DNA of 64,000 nt from a virus (Duplodnaviria; Heunggongvirae; Uroviricota; Caudoviricetes): the IMG/VR virus record IMGVR_UViG_3300012348_000120; one strand, 5' to 3'. Position 1 is the stretch's first letter; each line of letters begins with the position of its first letter. The translations under genes were made by a program, and so were the position numbers. The notes below the pieces were generated by a model. That model worked only from the letters and a program-made list of their open reading frames with translations. It ran no database searches and was not told the DNA's origin. This document shows, in pieces, positions 1 to 10,826 of the stretch.

Positions 1-197
1 TCTGGCATCAGAGCGATGCTTTGACAATAACTCGTTCTTCTCATTTGTGGTGCCATCCTGGGGTATTTCCAAGGGTAAAAAGCGCAATATGGTTAGACTT
101 ACTGGGTGTGCCATTGCCTGATGACACCAGTGGAATTTACGGGATATGTGGAGACATAAATAAAGATTGACGATTAGTGAAAATGTGAAAGAATAAA

Positions 198-662
198 ATG
201 ACTGTCTTGCAAGAAAATGTAATAGTTTATACGTGGAATGGTAATCAGTCGTATGACCAATCTGAAATTACAAAAAAATATCCTGATATTAATTTCATAT
301 TCAAAAACTTCTCAGATGAAGATTTTTATAGAATTATGGAAGAAGCGGGTATTCATAAACTGTCAAATGAATTAAAAAGACAGCATGACCAAAAAGAATG
401 TTTCTATTACGACCGTATATACGTAATCCATAATTCCATTAACATTGATGATATTGATTTTTCAAGTCATGCGGAAAATAATACTGTTTATTTTTTAGAT
501 AGTATCAATGAAAATTACTTTTACTGCGGAAGTATAACATTTAATATCATGTCTTTGATTTCTAAGTTTCGTAAATTTGTTGCAAAGGATTCCGATGACG
601 TATTGTATTATCATATGTTTTCTCATGGAATCAATATTGAAATTGAAAGGACTGACATATGA
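198..662 (+). CDS. hypothetical protein
   Basis: 154-aa ORF after an ATAAATA motif (~156-162); ATGA overlap with the next gene. Confidence 0.7.
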   Translation: MTVLQENVIVYTWNGNQSYDQSEITKKYPDINFIFKNFSDEDFYRIMEEAGIHKLSNELKRQHDQKECFYYDRIYVIHNSINIDDIDFSSHAENNTVYFLDSINENYFYCGSITFNIMSLISKFRKFVAKDSDDVLYYHMFSHGINIEIERTDI

Positions 663-1447
663 AAAATATTGCGGTGTGTTTTGCAGGAGAGCCTAGAACG
701 TATGCCATTATGTCAGATAGCATCAAAGCATTTTTTCATAATGAAAATCACAATGTTAAATATTTTTGCCATACATGGAACACAAATAGCTATAAAATGA
801 TTGCGTCTGATACTGTATTTGAGGAATACAGTATAGAGTTTATTGAGAACGATATAAAAAAGTATTTTGATTTTGAAAAGTTGATGGTAGAAAAACAGTT
901 TCCTACCGTAAAACGTGATTTTAATCACCAGTTATACAGTGAAGCTGCGTGTAATTTACTTAAAAGACAATACGAATTAGAAAATTCAATGACCTTTGAC
1001 GTAGTAGTTAAGTGTAGATTTGACTTGGCATTCTTCCCAGGTATTACATTTAATGACATTTTACCAAATGAAATCACGGAAAAAACAATTTACAGTAACA
1101 ATGAAATTAAAAATTCTGAAGGATATGTTCCATCATTAGATGATATTTTTTACTATGGAACTAGTTATTCAATGGACACTGTTAATTCTAGTATATATTT
1201 TGTAGGGCAGGATATTCATCGTAATTTGCAAAGATACAAAGATGTAGACAAGAACACAAACGCCAACCATTTTATCGGCCCAGGTATAAGAATATGGCAA
1301 TGGCAATCTCAAAACAATATTCTCCCACAAAACATAGATAGGCATTGGTTCATATATAGAAAATTTCTATACCCTCAAGTTGTTACCTCTGAAAATTATC
1401 ACAGTTTGTTGGGCGAAACTTTAAAGGTATATGCAAATGAAATATGA
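659..1447 (+). CDS. putative glycosyltransferase-like protein
   Basis: N-terminal IAVCFAGEPR, FCHTW and VVKCRFDL motifs; paralogous to 3491 and 6401. Confidence 0.55.
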   Translation: MKNIAVCFAGEPRTYAIMSDSIKAFFHNENHNVKYFCHTWNTNSYKMIASDTVFEEYSIEFIENDIKKYFDFEKLMVEKQFPTVKRDFNHQLYSEAACNLLKRQYELENSMTFDVVVKCRFDLAFFPGITFNDILPNEITEKTIYSNNEIKNSEGYVPSLDDIFYYGTSYSMDTVNSSIYFVGQDIHRNLQRYKDVDKNTNANHFIGPGIRIWQWQSQNNILPQNIDRHWFIYRKFLYPQVVTSENYHSLLGETLKVYANEI

Positions 1448-2105
1448 TTTTATTGAAATAGGAACATCAGATTTTGATACACTGTGTCAAATTTGCGATG
1501 AGGATACAGTTGGAATTTCCATTGAAGCCGTTAAACCGTATCTAGATAGACTACCAAAAAAGAAAAATGTGACATTGGTGAATAGTGCGTTTGTTACTGA
1601 AGAATATTTCAAAACAAACCAAACGATTGAAGTATATTACACTCATCCTGAGATCATAGATAAACACAATCTAAGCGTGGAACTTAGAGGAAGTAATAGT
1701 GTTGGGTCGCCTCATGAATACCAAATAAAATATTACGATAACTATCAAGATCATGCTATGTGTTATTCGCAACCTGAATTACTGGCCTTTTCAAGAGACT
1801 TAGTAAAAGAAGGATTGGTAAGTGTAGATACAGTTGATTGTATCACTTGGGAAAAATTATTTGATATGCATAATATAACTTCGGTTGATTTTATTAAAAT
1901 TGACGCAGAAGGAATGGACAATTCACTAGTTTTAGATTTGATAAAATTCTGCGTGAATTCCAATCAAGAATTCCCCAAAAAAATTCAATTTGAAAAAAAT
2001 TACTCTAGCGCCAGTAAAAAACAAAATGATGAATTGCTACAAACTTTAACAAAGCATGGGTATGATGTAAAAACGGTAAATCATGATGTAATTGCGACAA
2101 TGTGA
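1431..2105 (+). CDS. FkbM-family methyltransferase
   Basis: FIEIG...SIEA and DFIKIDAEG motifs. Confidence 0.75.
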   Translation: MQMKYDFIEIGTSDFDTLCQICDEDTVGISIEAVKPYLDRLPKKKNVTLVNSAFVTEEYFKTNQTIEVYYTHPEIIDKHNLSVELRGSNSVGSPHEYQIKYYDNYQDHAMCYSQPELLAFSRDLVKEGLVSVDTVDCITWEKLFDMHNITSVDFIKIDAEGMDNSLVLDLIKFCVNSNQEFPKKIQFEKNYSSASKKQNDELLQTLTKHGYDVKTVNHDVIATM

Positions 2106-2130
2106 AAATTGTAATGCAATAAATATACAT

Positions 2131-2733
2131 ATGAATACATTAATATTTGATTTAGATGGGACATTGATTGATGCAAATACGCTTCACCGTGATAGTTTTC
2201 GGTGGGCGGTTAAACAAGTATGCCCATCATTTCAAATCACAATAGAGATGGAAGATTACCTAGAGGGCGTTCCAAGTCTTAATAAAATAGAATACATCAA
2301 TAACACATTTAAGACTGGCATTGATTCAAATGAAGTATATAGATTAAAACAAGAATACACCGAAAAGAACATGCACACCATTTCGTCTCATAATGAAATG
2401 GGAAAAGTCTTACGTGAATTATCAAAAAAATACAATATGGTTATTGCAAGTAATGCGAGAAGTAGATTTGTTTATTCTGCTATTGGATTTATGGGATTTA
2501 CGAATTTTGACTTGATTCTTACTTCTAACTTTCTTCCTATCGAAAAACGAAAACCCAATCCATATATCTTTTTAGAGGCGATGAAGTTGATTGATAGTTG
2601 CCCAACAAAGACTGTAATATTTGAAGATAGCGAGGTAGGATTAACTGCCGCTAATCTTTCTGGCGCAGCGAAGGTTATACACGTCAAAAATAGTGCCGAT
2701 ACGGTGTCCAAATGCAAAGAGTTGTTCTTGTGA
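2131..2733 (+). CDS. HAD-family phosphatase
   Basis: IFDLDGTL, KPNP and FEDS motifs; start moved to MNTL, downstream of ATAAATA. Confidence 0.85.
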   Translation: MNTLIFDLDGTLIDANTLHRDSFRWAVKQVCPSFQITIEMEDYLEGVPSLNKIEYINNTFKTGIDSNEVYRLKQEYTEKNMHTISSHNEMGKVLRELSKKYNMVIASNARSRFVYSAIGFMGFTNFDLILTSNFLPIEKRKPNPYIFLEAMKLIDSCPTKTVIFEDSEVGLTAANLSGAAKVIHVKNSADTVSKCKELFL

Positions 2734-2763
2734 ACGCTCACAGGGTATCAACGTAAATATCCC

Positions 2764-3516
2764 ATGAATGTTAATATCATAAGTCAATTCACATCTGGAA
2801 GAAGCGGAGCAAAAGTTTATTTGGCCGAAAAAAATGGCATTGTCGGTGTATACAAAACAAACATAAAAGACCCATATGGCGTTGCCGAGTTATCAAAAAA
2901 ACTTCCATTCCGAACACCAGAGATATATGATATTTCTGACGATTCTATATTCATGGAATATATAAACGGCACTCCTATAAAGGAAATAATTAAGAAGAAT
3001 GAAAGTTCGTCTTTGAATGTAATATCTGATTTCATACTTAATTATATTGAATACGCATTTAGTTCTTCCGAGGGACTATTTGATTTTAGAGATGTAATTG
3101 ATGAAAAAATAAACAAAGTCTCATCGTATATATCTCCAAATTACTTTTCTAATCTGCATACCATATATCCAAAATCAGTAATACATGGTGATTTCACGTT
3201 TGATAATATGATATATTACGAAAATGAAATAGTCTTAATTGATTTGTCTCCGACACCACTTTCAAGTATTCACTTTGATATAAACAAGTTTAGACAGGAT
3301 TTAAGCGGATATTGGTTTGTTCGCTATGAAGATAGTAAAGCCCCATGGGTCAACTATTGTGAAGAAATATATAGATTAATCAATGATAGATACCAATCTT
3401 TGTTTGATGACAAATTATACAATCTAATGGTTGCTAGGATATTTCCGTATTGTAAAGAAAACACATACGATTTTGAATATATCAAACATATTACTGTCCC
3501 TGTTCTAAATTCTTGA
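2764..3516 (+). CDS. APH/choline-kinase-like phosphotransferase
   Basis: GRSGA loop, HGDFTFDN and LID motifs. Confidence 0.75.
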   Translation: MNVNIISQFTSGRSGAKVYLAEKNGIVGVYKTNIKDPYGVAELSKKLPFRTPEIYDISDDSIFMEYINGTPIKEIIKKNESSSLNVISDFILNYIEYAFSSSEGLFDFRDVIDEKINKVSSYISPNYFSNLHTIYPKSVIHGDFTFDNMIYYENEIVLIDLSPTPLSSIHFDINKFRQDLSGYWFVRYEDSKAPWVNYCEEIYRLINDRYQSLFDDKLYNLMVARIFPYCKENTYDFEYIKHITVPVLNS

Positions 3517-4432
3517 ATATTCGTTGATTCATAACAACAGAAGGCGCGTGTGTATATTCGGGTATTGCATTATGCTTTAAAAATCTTTCGTATGTTTTAT
3601 CAAAATCATGATTTCTCATTAATACAGACGAATAATGTTTTGTTGATAATAGACAGTTTAATGATATGAGAGAAACGTAAAAGCAATTTTCAAATATCAT
3701 TCGTTTTCCAAATAGTGTTGTGTTTTGATGATTGGTCTTGAACATCTGCTTTGTTAGGTTCTCAAATATTATATCTGTTTTTGCGGATTTTTTTACGATA
3801 AACCAAAGATCACTGATACCGTTTGGTATTATATTATCGTTCATTTCAGGAACTTTATTCCCTGTCCATAGATTTCTTCCGCCAGTCATAAGATCAGAAC
3901 CATGAGAGCAAAAGTCATTCAATATATTTGAAAAATCATCTCTGAAAAAGCAATCATATCTTAGTTTTATTAGATAATCAAAGAAGATGCCATGTTGCTG
4001 TTCATACGTTTGTATGTGATTGTATACGCGACTCCAAGAGTATGGCTGCGAATAATAGTTACACAAATCAACGTATGAAGCGTAATCAATTTCTACGTTT
4101 GTGGATTTAAATAGGTTATGGTATATTGAGTTATACAGCCGATCCTCACCAATGAATGATTGTATGGTTTCGTATATTGACCTCTGCGATAAAACAATAA
4201 TATTATCTGGGTATATGTTAATCGGTTTAAATACTTCTGTCTCAAATCCAATGTTATCCATCACAAATTTGTTATTTTTTATGGCATCAGGTATATGGTT
4301 ATTGTCCCATAACTGAAAAAATATAACCAACTCACTATTTTCTATTTTTTTAAGTATGGGCAATACGTGCTCTACCCACTTTGAATAGAACCCACGGGTG
4401 TTTCCTGTTACTGCTATTGCTATCTTTTTCAT
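3491..4432 (-). CDS. putative glycosyltransferase-like protein (paralog of 659)
   Basis: IAIAVTGNTR, FFQLW and LIKLRYDC; start taken at MKKI. Confidence 0.55.
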   Translation of the reverse strand: MKKIAIAVTGNTRGFYSKWVEHVLPILKKIENSELVIFFQLWDNNHIPDAIKNNKFVMDNIGFETEVFKPINIYPDNIIVLSQRSIYETIQSFIGEDRLYNSIYHNLFKSTNVEIDYASYVDLCNYYSQPYSWSRVYNHIQTYEQQHGIFFDYLIKLRYDCFFRDDFSNILNDFCSHGSDLMTGGRNLWTGNKVPEMNDNIIPNGISDLWFIVKKSAKTDIIFENLTKQMFKTNHQNTTLFGKRMIFENCFYVSLISLNCLLSTKHYSSVLMRNHDFDKTYERFLKHNAIPEYTHAPSVVMNQRIFKNLEQGQ

Positions 4433-4497
4433 TTGAGTAATCTTATTTATATTAGACTTAAAATGCAAGCAACTATCTGTTGGTCATAAATAATACA

Positions 4498-5403
4498 ATG
4501 ATTGAATATGCATATATTGAAACTACTAACTATTGCAATCTCCAATGCACTTTTTGTAATAGACATGAAGTCATCGGTGCATTGCAACATATGCCAGTAG
4601 ATAAATTCATTGAATTGATGGAGAAGATAAAGCACCATCCTATCAACACTGCAAAGTTGATGGGAATGGGTGAACCATTTATGCATCCCAAGTTCAATGA
4701 AATATGCAGAATTTTCAAACATTATTTTCCAGACGCATTTCTTATAGTCGCCACCAATTGTCAATACAAGATTCGTCCTTGGTTTGAAGAATGCCTTCAA
4801 CATATTGATATGCTATACCTAAGTATAGATGGTTACAAAACCAGCTATGAGATATATCGCCCACCAAGTAAGTGGGAAAAGCTGGTGCAATTCTTAGAGA
4901 TGATGAAAGACATTCCAAGACATGGGTGTAGGATTGTATGTAACTATGTGGTGAACCCTGGGAATGTGTCCGATATAAAGTTGGTTCAAGACAACATTGT
5001 TGTTCCTTATAAGTTGGAACAACTGAGACTGAACATCGCGCAGGATTGGAGCGAAGATCGGAGTATGCCAGGCGGATACACAAAGGAACAATTAGACTAT
5101 TTGAAGTCTGATTGGAAGGATTGTATTCAGGGTAAAAGTGAATGGAACTACTCTGATTGCTTCTGGGTAAATAATGGATTGTATGTTACAGTAGAAGGTA
5201 GAGTATTAGCTTGTTGTATGAATACGGCGGCAAAACAATTCGGAAATATCTTTCAAGACAGTATTGAAAACATACATAACGGGACTGATTACCAATTAGT
5301 GAAGTACGGATGTTCATCTAACAATCCAACTTCGCATTGCAAAAATTGTAGTTACAAAGAATTGGTTCCGATGCTAAAAGAAATAGGAATACAAAGTGCC
5401 TAA
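4498..5403 (+). CDS. radical SAM protein with C-terminal SPASM/twitch domain
   Basis: CNLQCTFC, GMGEP; C-terminal C...ACC...CKNC. Confidence 0.9.
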   Translation: MIEYAYIETTNYCNLQCTFCNRHEVIGALQHMPVDKFIELMEKIKHHPINTAKLMGMGEPFMHPKFNEICRIFKHYFPDAFLIVATNCQYKIRPWFEECLQHIDMLYLSIDGYKTSYEIYRPPSKWEKLVQFLEMMKDIPRHGCRIVCNYVVNPGNVSDIKLVQDNIVVPYKLEQLRLNIAQDWSEDRSMPGGYTKEQLDYLKSDWKDCIQGKSEWNYSDCFWVNNGLYVTVEGRVLACCMNTAAKQFGNIFQDSIENIHNGTDYQLVKYGCSSNNPTSHCKNCSYKELVPMLKEIGIQSA

Positions 5404-6409
5404 GATTAACCAACATTTACTCACAGTGAGTAGAGCCACCCCTCCATATGCTGATCCGAACAAAATACGTCTTCATGCAAGCGAAAGAGATTATCCATAC
5501 TCTGATATTATCTGGAATGATTTCTTGCGACGAATACAACCAACCGATATAATGTATTATCCAAACATTGATTCCGCATATGATGTGTTGGAACAATTTT
5601 GTGATATACCAAAAAAGTATCTAACATTGTTTGATGGCAGTTCAAATGGAATACGCAATCTGTTTTCCGTATTTGTAACACCAGCATCAACTGTTATAAC
5701 CACAAATCCATCATTTCCTATGTATAAAGTCTATGCTGATATATATCGGGCAGAATGCAAAATGATTGATTATACCACGGACAAATTTCCAGTTGATGAA
5801 ATGATTTCAGCGATTGATGAAAATACGTCAGTGGTCATAATTAGCAATCCCAGTAGTCCTGTTGGTGATGCAATATCGTATGACGATGTGATAAAAATTG
5901 CAAACAAATGCTACGACAATGATGCATTATTAATTGTAGATGAGGCATACATAGAGTTTAGCAACGCCAGAACGATGGCCTCATATGCAATGAGTGCCGA
6001 TCATCTGATTGTCTTGCGAACATTTAGTAAAGCGTTTGGAAGTGCGGGGGCAAGAATTGGATATGCAGTTGCCAATAAAACAAACACACACCATCTTTCC
6101 TTGGTTCGCAGTATGAATGAAATATCTGGGTGCAGTGTCAAATGGATGGAAACACTATGTGATCACAAAATAGATGCAAAGATATACATTGAATCCGTAA
6201 TAAAAAATCGTAATCTGATACAAACGCAAAACAACATACGAGGTCGTTCTGTGATATGCAGTGAGACTAACTTCATCCATGTTTCGGATTTAGTTCTTCC
6301 GTATGACTTCACTTACAAAACTACAACGATGCCTTGGTCAGACAAGGTATATGCAAGGATAAGCATACCAGCTAATATCAACACCGTTGATAGGCTACTG
6401 TCACTGTAA
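5396..6409 (+). CDS. PLP-dependent aminotransferase, HisC/CobD-like
   Basis: NPSSP, DEAY and RTFSKAFGSAGARIG motifs. Confidence 0.85.
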   Translation: MPKINQHLLTVSRATPPYADPNKIRLHASERDYPYSDIIWNDFLRRIQPTDIMYYPNIDSAYDVLEQFCDIPKKYLTLFDGSSNGIRNLFSVFVTPASTVITTNPSFPMYKVYADIYRAECKMIDYTTDKFPVDEMISAIDENTSVVIISNPSSPVGDAISYDDVIKIANKCYDNDALLIVDEAYIEFSNARTMASYAMSADHLIVLRTFSKAFGSAGARIGYAVANKTNTHHLSLVRSMNEISGCSVKWMETLCDHKIDAKIYIESVIKNRNLIQTQNNIRGRSVICSETNFIHVSDLVLPYDFTYKTTTMPWSDKVYARISIPANINTVDRLLSL

Positions 6410-7501
6410 CTTAAATGCGGCTGGCCCTCTACTCATTGGTAACTCATCATTCTCTGACCCCCATTCGCCATGATGGAAGGTTTGTTGTATTTTATTCATA
6501 TTGTATCTGTGCGTAGCGTCTGCTGACATTCTTTTCAACTCAGCTACAGGATCGTTGAAATAACTATCTGGCACCGAATATATTGGGTGAATAATTCGTG
6601 TGTCGTGTGCGCCAACTGAACGAACACTCATCTTTTCTACTATCATCTTGTCTAAGAATGCACATTCTTCGGTTGGCGCACAAGTCGGATGAGACGTTCT
6701 AAATTTAAATGTTTCGTTCTCAAAACTCTGTATTGAAAACGGTAGTAGATTATTCGCAAGCCTTCTGAACGTTTCATCATTCGAATACATCCAAAAGTCA
6801 ATCACCGAATATGTATAGTTGTCGTTTTTAGCCAACACGTTTTTTATTTCTTCAATCGGTTTGTCCCTCATTTTTCTTACAATACTTGGAACATACATAG
6901 TATTATCCGAAATTTTTAAATCCTTGAAAACCATATTTGTGAGTTTCACGTAGTGTGTGAGTAGATCGTATCTCCATTTTAATATGGCATCATACTTATT
7001 TTTTGGAACTATGTTTACTATTTCTTGTAATGCATAAAACTGCGCACGTTGATTTATGAAGTCAACATAACTAATATGAAATGAGCACCAGTTTTGAATA
7101 TCTTCAAGTGTAGTAAAAACTGATTCGTGTATAAACTTTGGCCCCGTATATGGATTTGCCACATTCGTATTTTCAAATCTTACATAATTTGTTTTTGTGT
7201 CAAGATTGGAATTTTTTACTATGTCAGAAAAATTAAGACCCAAAATATCTTTTGGTTTTATATATGATATTATATCACTATAAACTTGATTTTCTACTTT
7301 CGGCAATTTGATTATATGTGGTGAACGTTCTATTTCTTCTGACAACTCATAGAAGTATCGGTTAGATGAATTCCAATACTGAACGTAAAAATCAAATGAA
7401 ACATTGGTTGTTTCTGAAATGTATTCAAAAATTTTGAAAACTTTGTTTAAGTTGACAGGATTGATTTTACATAATCCTGTCAAGCATACTGCTACTCTCA
7501 T
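6401..7501 (-). CDS. putative glycosyltransferase-like protein (paralog of 659)
   Basis: VAVCLTG, YVQYW and ILKWRYDL. Confidence 0.5.
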   Translation of the reverse strand: MRVAVCLTGLCKINPVNLNKVFKIFEYISETTNVSFDFYVQYWNSSNRYFYELSEEIERSPHIIKLPKVENQVYSDIISYIKPKDILGLNFSDIVKNSNLDTKTNYVRFENTNVANPYTGPKFIHESVFTTLEDIQNWCSFHISYVDFINQRAQFYALQEIVNIVPKNKYDAILKWRYDLLTHYVKLTNMVFKDLKISDNTMYVPSIVRKMRDKPIEEIKNVLAKNDNYTYSVIDFWMYSNDETFRRLANNLLPFSIQSFENETFKFRTSHPTCAPTEECAFLDKMIVEKMSVRSVGAHDTRIIHPIYSVPDSYFNDPVAELKRMSADATHRYNMNKIQQTFHHGEWGSENDELPMSRGPAAFKLQ

Positions 7502-7521
7502 TCCTATCTCCTTTCGGATAT

Positions 7522-8289
7522 TTATCGGATAAGAGATACGTATGTTAGTTTTGTTTCGTTGAACTCTTTATATTTCCAATCTTTGCCGAGTGATTTCACC
7601 TTCGCAGTGGCACCATAATAGCCAACTTGTTTTGTAAGTTCTTCTTTGGTTGTAAAGAAACTTACGAGGTCGCCATCATTTGCAATAGCAGTGATAGACC
7701 AACCAGAGTAGTTGTCGCCTTCCACCCTGCGAACTGAAATGTTTTCAATCGCCAGTTTTAGCTTTTCACCCTCTTTACCAAGATGCTTACTATTGGAAAT
7801 TCGTTCTTTATACCCACGTTCCTTTTCCTGATTCTCACTATAGAAAGGAAGATACGCAACAATACCAAAGTCGTTTGACATTACTTCTGGTTTTGCAATG
7901 ATCTTTAGAACACTTCCTTCGTAGCCCTCTGCATCATTCGTGAGCGCCTTGAACATAAAATCAAGTTGCAATGAAGAAAGCATTTCCTTGGCTTCGTCCA
8001 CACGTTCCTTTACGAGAGATGGATAGTGAACCAATAGCATTGTCACCAGAGTGTAGTTTGAAAGTTTGACCACTTCAAACGAATCGTATTCATCGCCTCT
8101 GTGATCAATCTTTCTGACGTATTCGGACTTGCCGCCCTTCTTGATGTATTCATTATTATTCAACTCTTTTGCAATAATCGCAGAAGCGATTACATTTTCA
8201 AGCGCAGTATCACCCTGAGTGCGATAGTCAGTATCAAATACGAGTCGTTTTCCTTTGTAAGAATAGATTGCAAAGTCTGAGTATTCCAT
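7522..8289 (-). CDS. hypothetical early protein
   Basis: 255-aa ORF with AGGAG SD and a sigma70-type promoter upstream. Confidence 0.7.
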   Translation of the reverse strand: MEYSDFAIYSYKGKRLVFDTDYRTQGDTALENVIASAIIAKELNNNEYIKKGGKSEYVRKIDHRGDEYDSFEVVKLSNYTLVTMLLVHYPSLVKERVDEAKEMLSSLQLDFMFKALTNDAEGYEGSVLKIIAKPEVMSNDFGIVAYLPFYSENQEKERGYKERISNSKHLGKEGEKLKLAIENISVRRVEGDNYSGWSITAIANDGDLVSFFTTKEELTKQVGYYGATAKVKSLGKDWKYKEFNETKLTYVSLIR

Positions 8290-8315
8290 CGCATGGTTCT
8301 CCTATGTTTGCTTAC

Positions 8316-8344
8316 ACTGTATAGCGATTCGTTCTGTTTGTCAA
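8316..8344 (-). promoter_or_regulatory. sigma70-type promoter with GANTC in the spacer
   Basis: TTGACA-aacagaacGAATCgcta-TACAGT (17-nt spacer). Confidence 0.7.
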
Positions 8345-8387
8345 GCATAAATAATGTTGGTAGTTTATAACTAAGAAGGAATAATAC

Positions 8388-9131
8388 ATGCTATACGCAA
8401 ACGGATGTAGCTTTACAGCGGGGACTGGGCTTGACGACGAAGAAAAGGCTTGGCCGTTCATTCTCGGTGAAATGATGGGAATAGAAAAAGACAAAGTTCT
8501 TACCGAAGCAAACAAAGGAGTGAGCAATCAGTATATTGTTCGTTCTGCCATCACATCACTTAGCAATTTGATAGACCTTGGAGACAAGCCTTTTGTTGCG
8601 ATTGGACTTACGGCTCCATCTCGCAGAGAGTTTTACTTCAGCAAGAACGGCGGAAAGTTGATACACAACATTCCATCGCCTGAGTTTCAGCATATTGATG
8701 GATTAGACGAGACATCAAATACTGAACTCCATGTTTTTAACAACCTGTATATTAAGTATTTGTGGAACCCAGTATACGACTTTCATTTGTATATGACACA
8801 TGTTTTAACCCTGCAAAACTTTTTTAAGGCAAATGATTTGGACTATATAATATTCAACAGTTTAAATCTAACTCCGAATTTAACAGAAGAAAATAAGTTT
8901 GAGGCATTATGCCATCAGGCTAATATGAGTGCTGTTTTCAAGCAGTTTGATATGAATAGAATATATGAGGATCAGACGTTTTTTACATATATATATGATC
9001 GTGGGCTTTATTTCACCGACGAAGGCAATGATGCATTTATGCATCCAAACGAACAAGCACACAAAGAATGGGCAGAAGTGTTGATGAAAGACATAACTGC
9101 AACAATGATAAAGGAAAGAATGAAACGATGA
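8388..9131 (+). CDS. SGNH/GDSL hydrolase-like protein
   Basis: NGCSFT, GVSN and C-terminal HP motifs. Confidence 0.65.
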   Translation: MLYANGCSFTAGTGLDDEEKAWPFILGEMMGIEKDKVLTEANKGVSNQYIVRSAITSLSNLIDLGDKPFVAIGLTAPSRREFYFSKNGGKLIHNIPSPEFQHIDGLDETSNTELHVFNNLYIKYLWNPVYDFHLYMTHVLTLQNFFKANDLDYIIFNSLNLTPNLTEENKFEALCHQANMSAVFKQFDMNRIYEDQTFFTYIYDRGLYFTDEGNDAFMHPNEQAHKEWAEVLMKDITATMIKERMKR

Positions 9132-9253
9132 TTGGACATATTAAAGACTTTTGGGCGCTAATAACATATCCATACAGAGATTGGAAACGCCGCAAAGAAT
9201 TAAAAAAGCGTATAGAAGAACTTCGTAAACGCGATCCATTTATTTACAAATAA
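9128..9253 (+). CDS. small hypothetical protein
   Basis: ATGA-coupled 41-aa ORF ending ELRKRDPFIYK, directly before the carbamoyltransferase. Confidence 0.6.
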   Translation: MIGHIKDFWALITYPYRDWKRRKELKKRIEELRKRDPFIYK

Positions 9254-9262
9254 GGTTTGAAT

Positions 9263-10783
9263 ATGAAAGTAATGGGAATATCTGGCGCATTAAACCATGA
9301 TGCGGCAGTTTCTATCGTTGAGAATGGAAACATTCTTTATGCTTCTCATAGTGAGAGATATAGCAAAATAAAGAACGACTCTAACCTCAATAGCCAAATC
9401 ATAAACGATGCATTGTCGTATGGTAAGCCAGATGTTATTGCGTGGTATGAGAATCCATACCTGAAAAAGACACGGCAGTTTTGGGCGGGGCAATATCAAT
9501 ATGCGGCTGATCTAAACGATTTGCCACGACAATACATAAACAAGTATTTCCCACAGTTGAAAAATATTCCTATTGAATATCAATCACATCATTATACTCA
9601 TGCAGCGAGTGGATACTTCACCAGTAAGTATGCGGATGCCTGTATTATTGTGCTGGACAGCATAGGAGAGTGGGAAACATTTACCATATGGGACGGAAAC
9701 GGAACCACCATTGAGAAAATATATAGTCAATCGTATCCTCATTCTGTTGGATTGTTCTATTCCGCGATGACACAACGTCTTGGATTGAAGCCACAAGAGG
9801 ATGAGTATATTCTTATGGGAATGGCTGCATACGGTGATGCATACCGCAAGGTAAATGGGGTTTCACTTGTAGACAAAATATTCAAAGACTTCGGTATTCG
9901 GTTTCACTATGATAGTAAGGTTGTGTCCTTCAAAGAGAACTTGCATCGTGGTTGTAAGTGGTGGATGCCAGAGTTGAATACTGAGCAAGATCATTTTGAT
10001 ATTGCGGCAGCGACACAGCGAGTATACGAGATAATTCTAAGACAGGTAATTACATATGCTAAGACTGTCAGCAGAAGTAAGAATCTTGTGATTATGGGCG
10101 GTTGTGCTCTAAACTGTTCCGCCAATTCAACCATAACAAAAGAATATGATAATGTGTGGATTATGCCAAATCCTGGAGATGCTGGTTCTTGTATTGGAGC
10201 AACACAAAAGTTTTTTGATGAGCGAATAAATTGGACTACTCCGTATCTTGGATATGACATTGTAGGAGAATATCCAATTGAAAATGTGTTGAAAGATTTG
10301 CTCAAAGGAAACATATGTGGTATTGCGTCTGGCCGTGCAGAATTTGGACCAAGAGCACTCGGAAACAGAACCCTTACCGCTGACCCTCGTGGAAATGAAA
10401 TCAAAGATAGAATGAACGAAATAAAGAAACGACAGAAATTCAGACCATTTGCACCGATGATACTGGAAGAAGATGTGAATGATTATTTTGAATTGCCACC
10501 AAACATTTCACAATCTCCGTATATGCAGTTTGTAGCAAAGTGTAAGCATCCACAGGACTTTCCTGCGATCATTCATGCAGATGGAACATCCCGTGTCCAA
10601 ACTGTAAACAAAGAGCAACATGCTGACCTATACGAACTCTTGAAGTCATTCAAGGATAAGACTGGATGCCCTATGTTGGTAAACACTTCTTTGAACATCA
10701 AAGGTATGCCAATAGTAAATGACGAAGAAGATGCTCAAAAATTTCAGTCATATTATGAAACAAACGTCTTTACATCCGTATAA
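9263..10783 (+). CDS. carbamoyltransferase (NodU/CmcH family)
   Basis: HDAA, HHYTHA, GGCALN, EFGPRALGNR, FRPFAP, DGTSRVQTV and NTSLN motifs. Confidence 0.92.
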   Translation: MKVMGISGALNHDAAVSIVENGNILYASHSERYSKIKNDSNLNSQIINDALSYGKPDVIAWYENPYLKKTRQFWAGQYQYAADLNDLPRQYINKYFPQLKNIPIEYQSHHYTHAASGYFTSKYADACIIVLDSIGEWETFTIWDGNGTTIEKIYSQSYPHSVGLFYSAMTQRLGLKPQEDEYILMGMAAYGDAYRKVNGVSLVDKIFKDFGIRFHYDSKVVSFKENLHRGCKWWMPELNTEQDHFDIAAATQRVYEIILRQVITYAKTVSRSKNLVIMGGCALNCSANSTITKEYDNVWIMPNPGDAGSCIGATQKFFDERINWTTPYLGYDIVGEYPIENVLKDLLKGNICGIASGRAEFGPRALGNRTLTADPRGNEIKDRMNEIKKRQKFRPFAPMILEEDVNDYFELPPNISQSPYMQFVAKCKHPQDFPAIIHADGTSRVQTVNKEQHADLYELLKSFKDKTGCPMLVNTSLNIKGMPIVNDEEDAQKFQSYYETNVFTSV

Positions 10784-10826
10784 AATTTTGATATAATATT
10801 ACAAATATTAGTCTATAGGAGAAACT

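Noticed and set aside
9128-9253. 41-aa ORF as a RiPP precursor for the radical SAM enzymes
   Set aside because: It is basic and helical with no leader/core pattern. It cannot be excluded, but nothing supports it.
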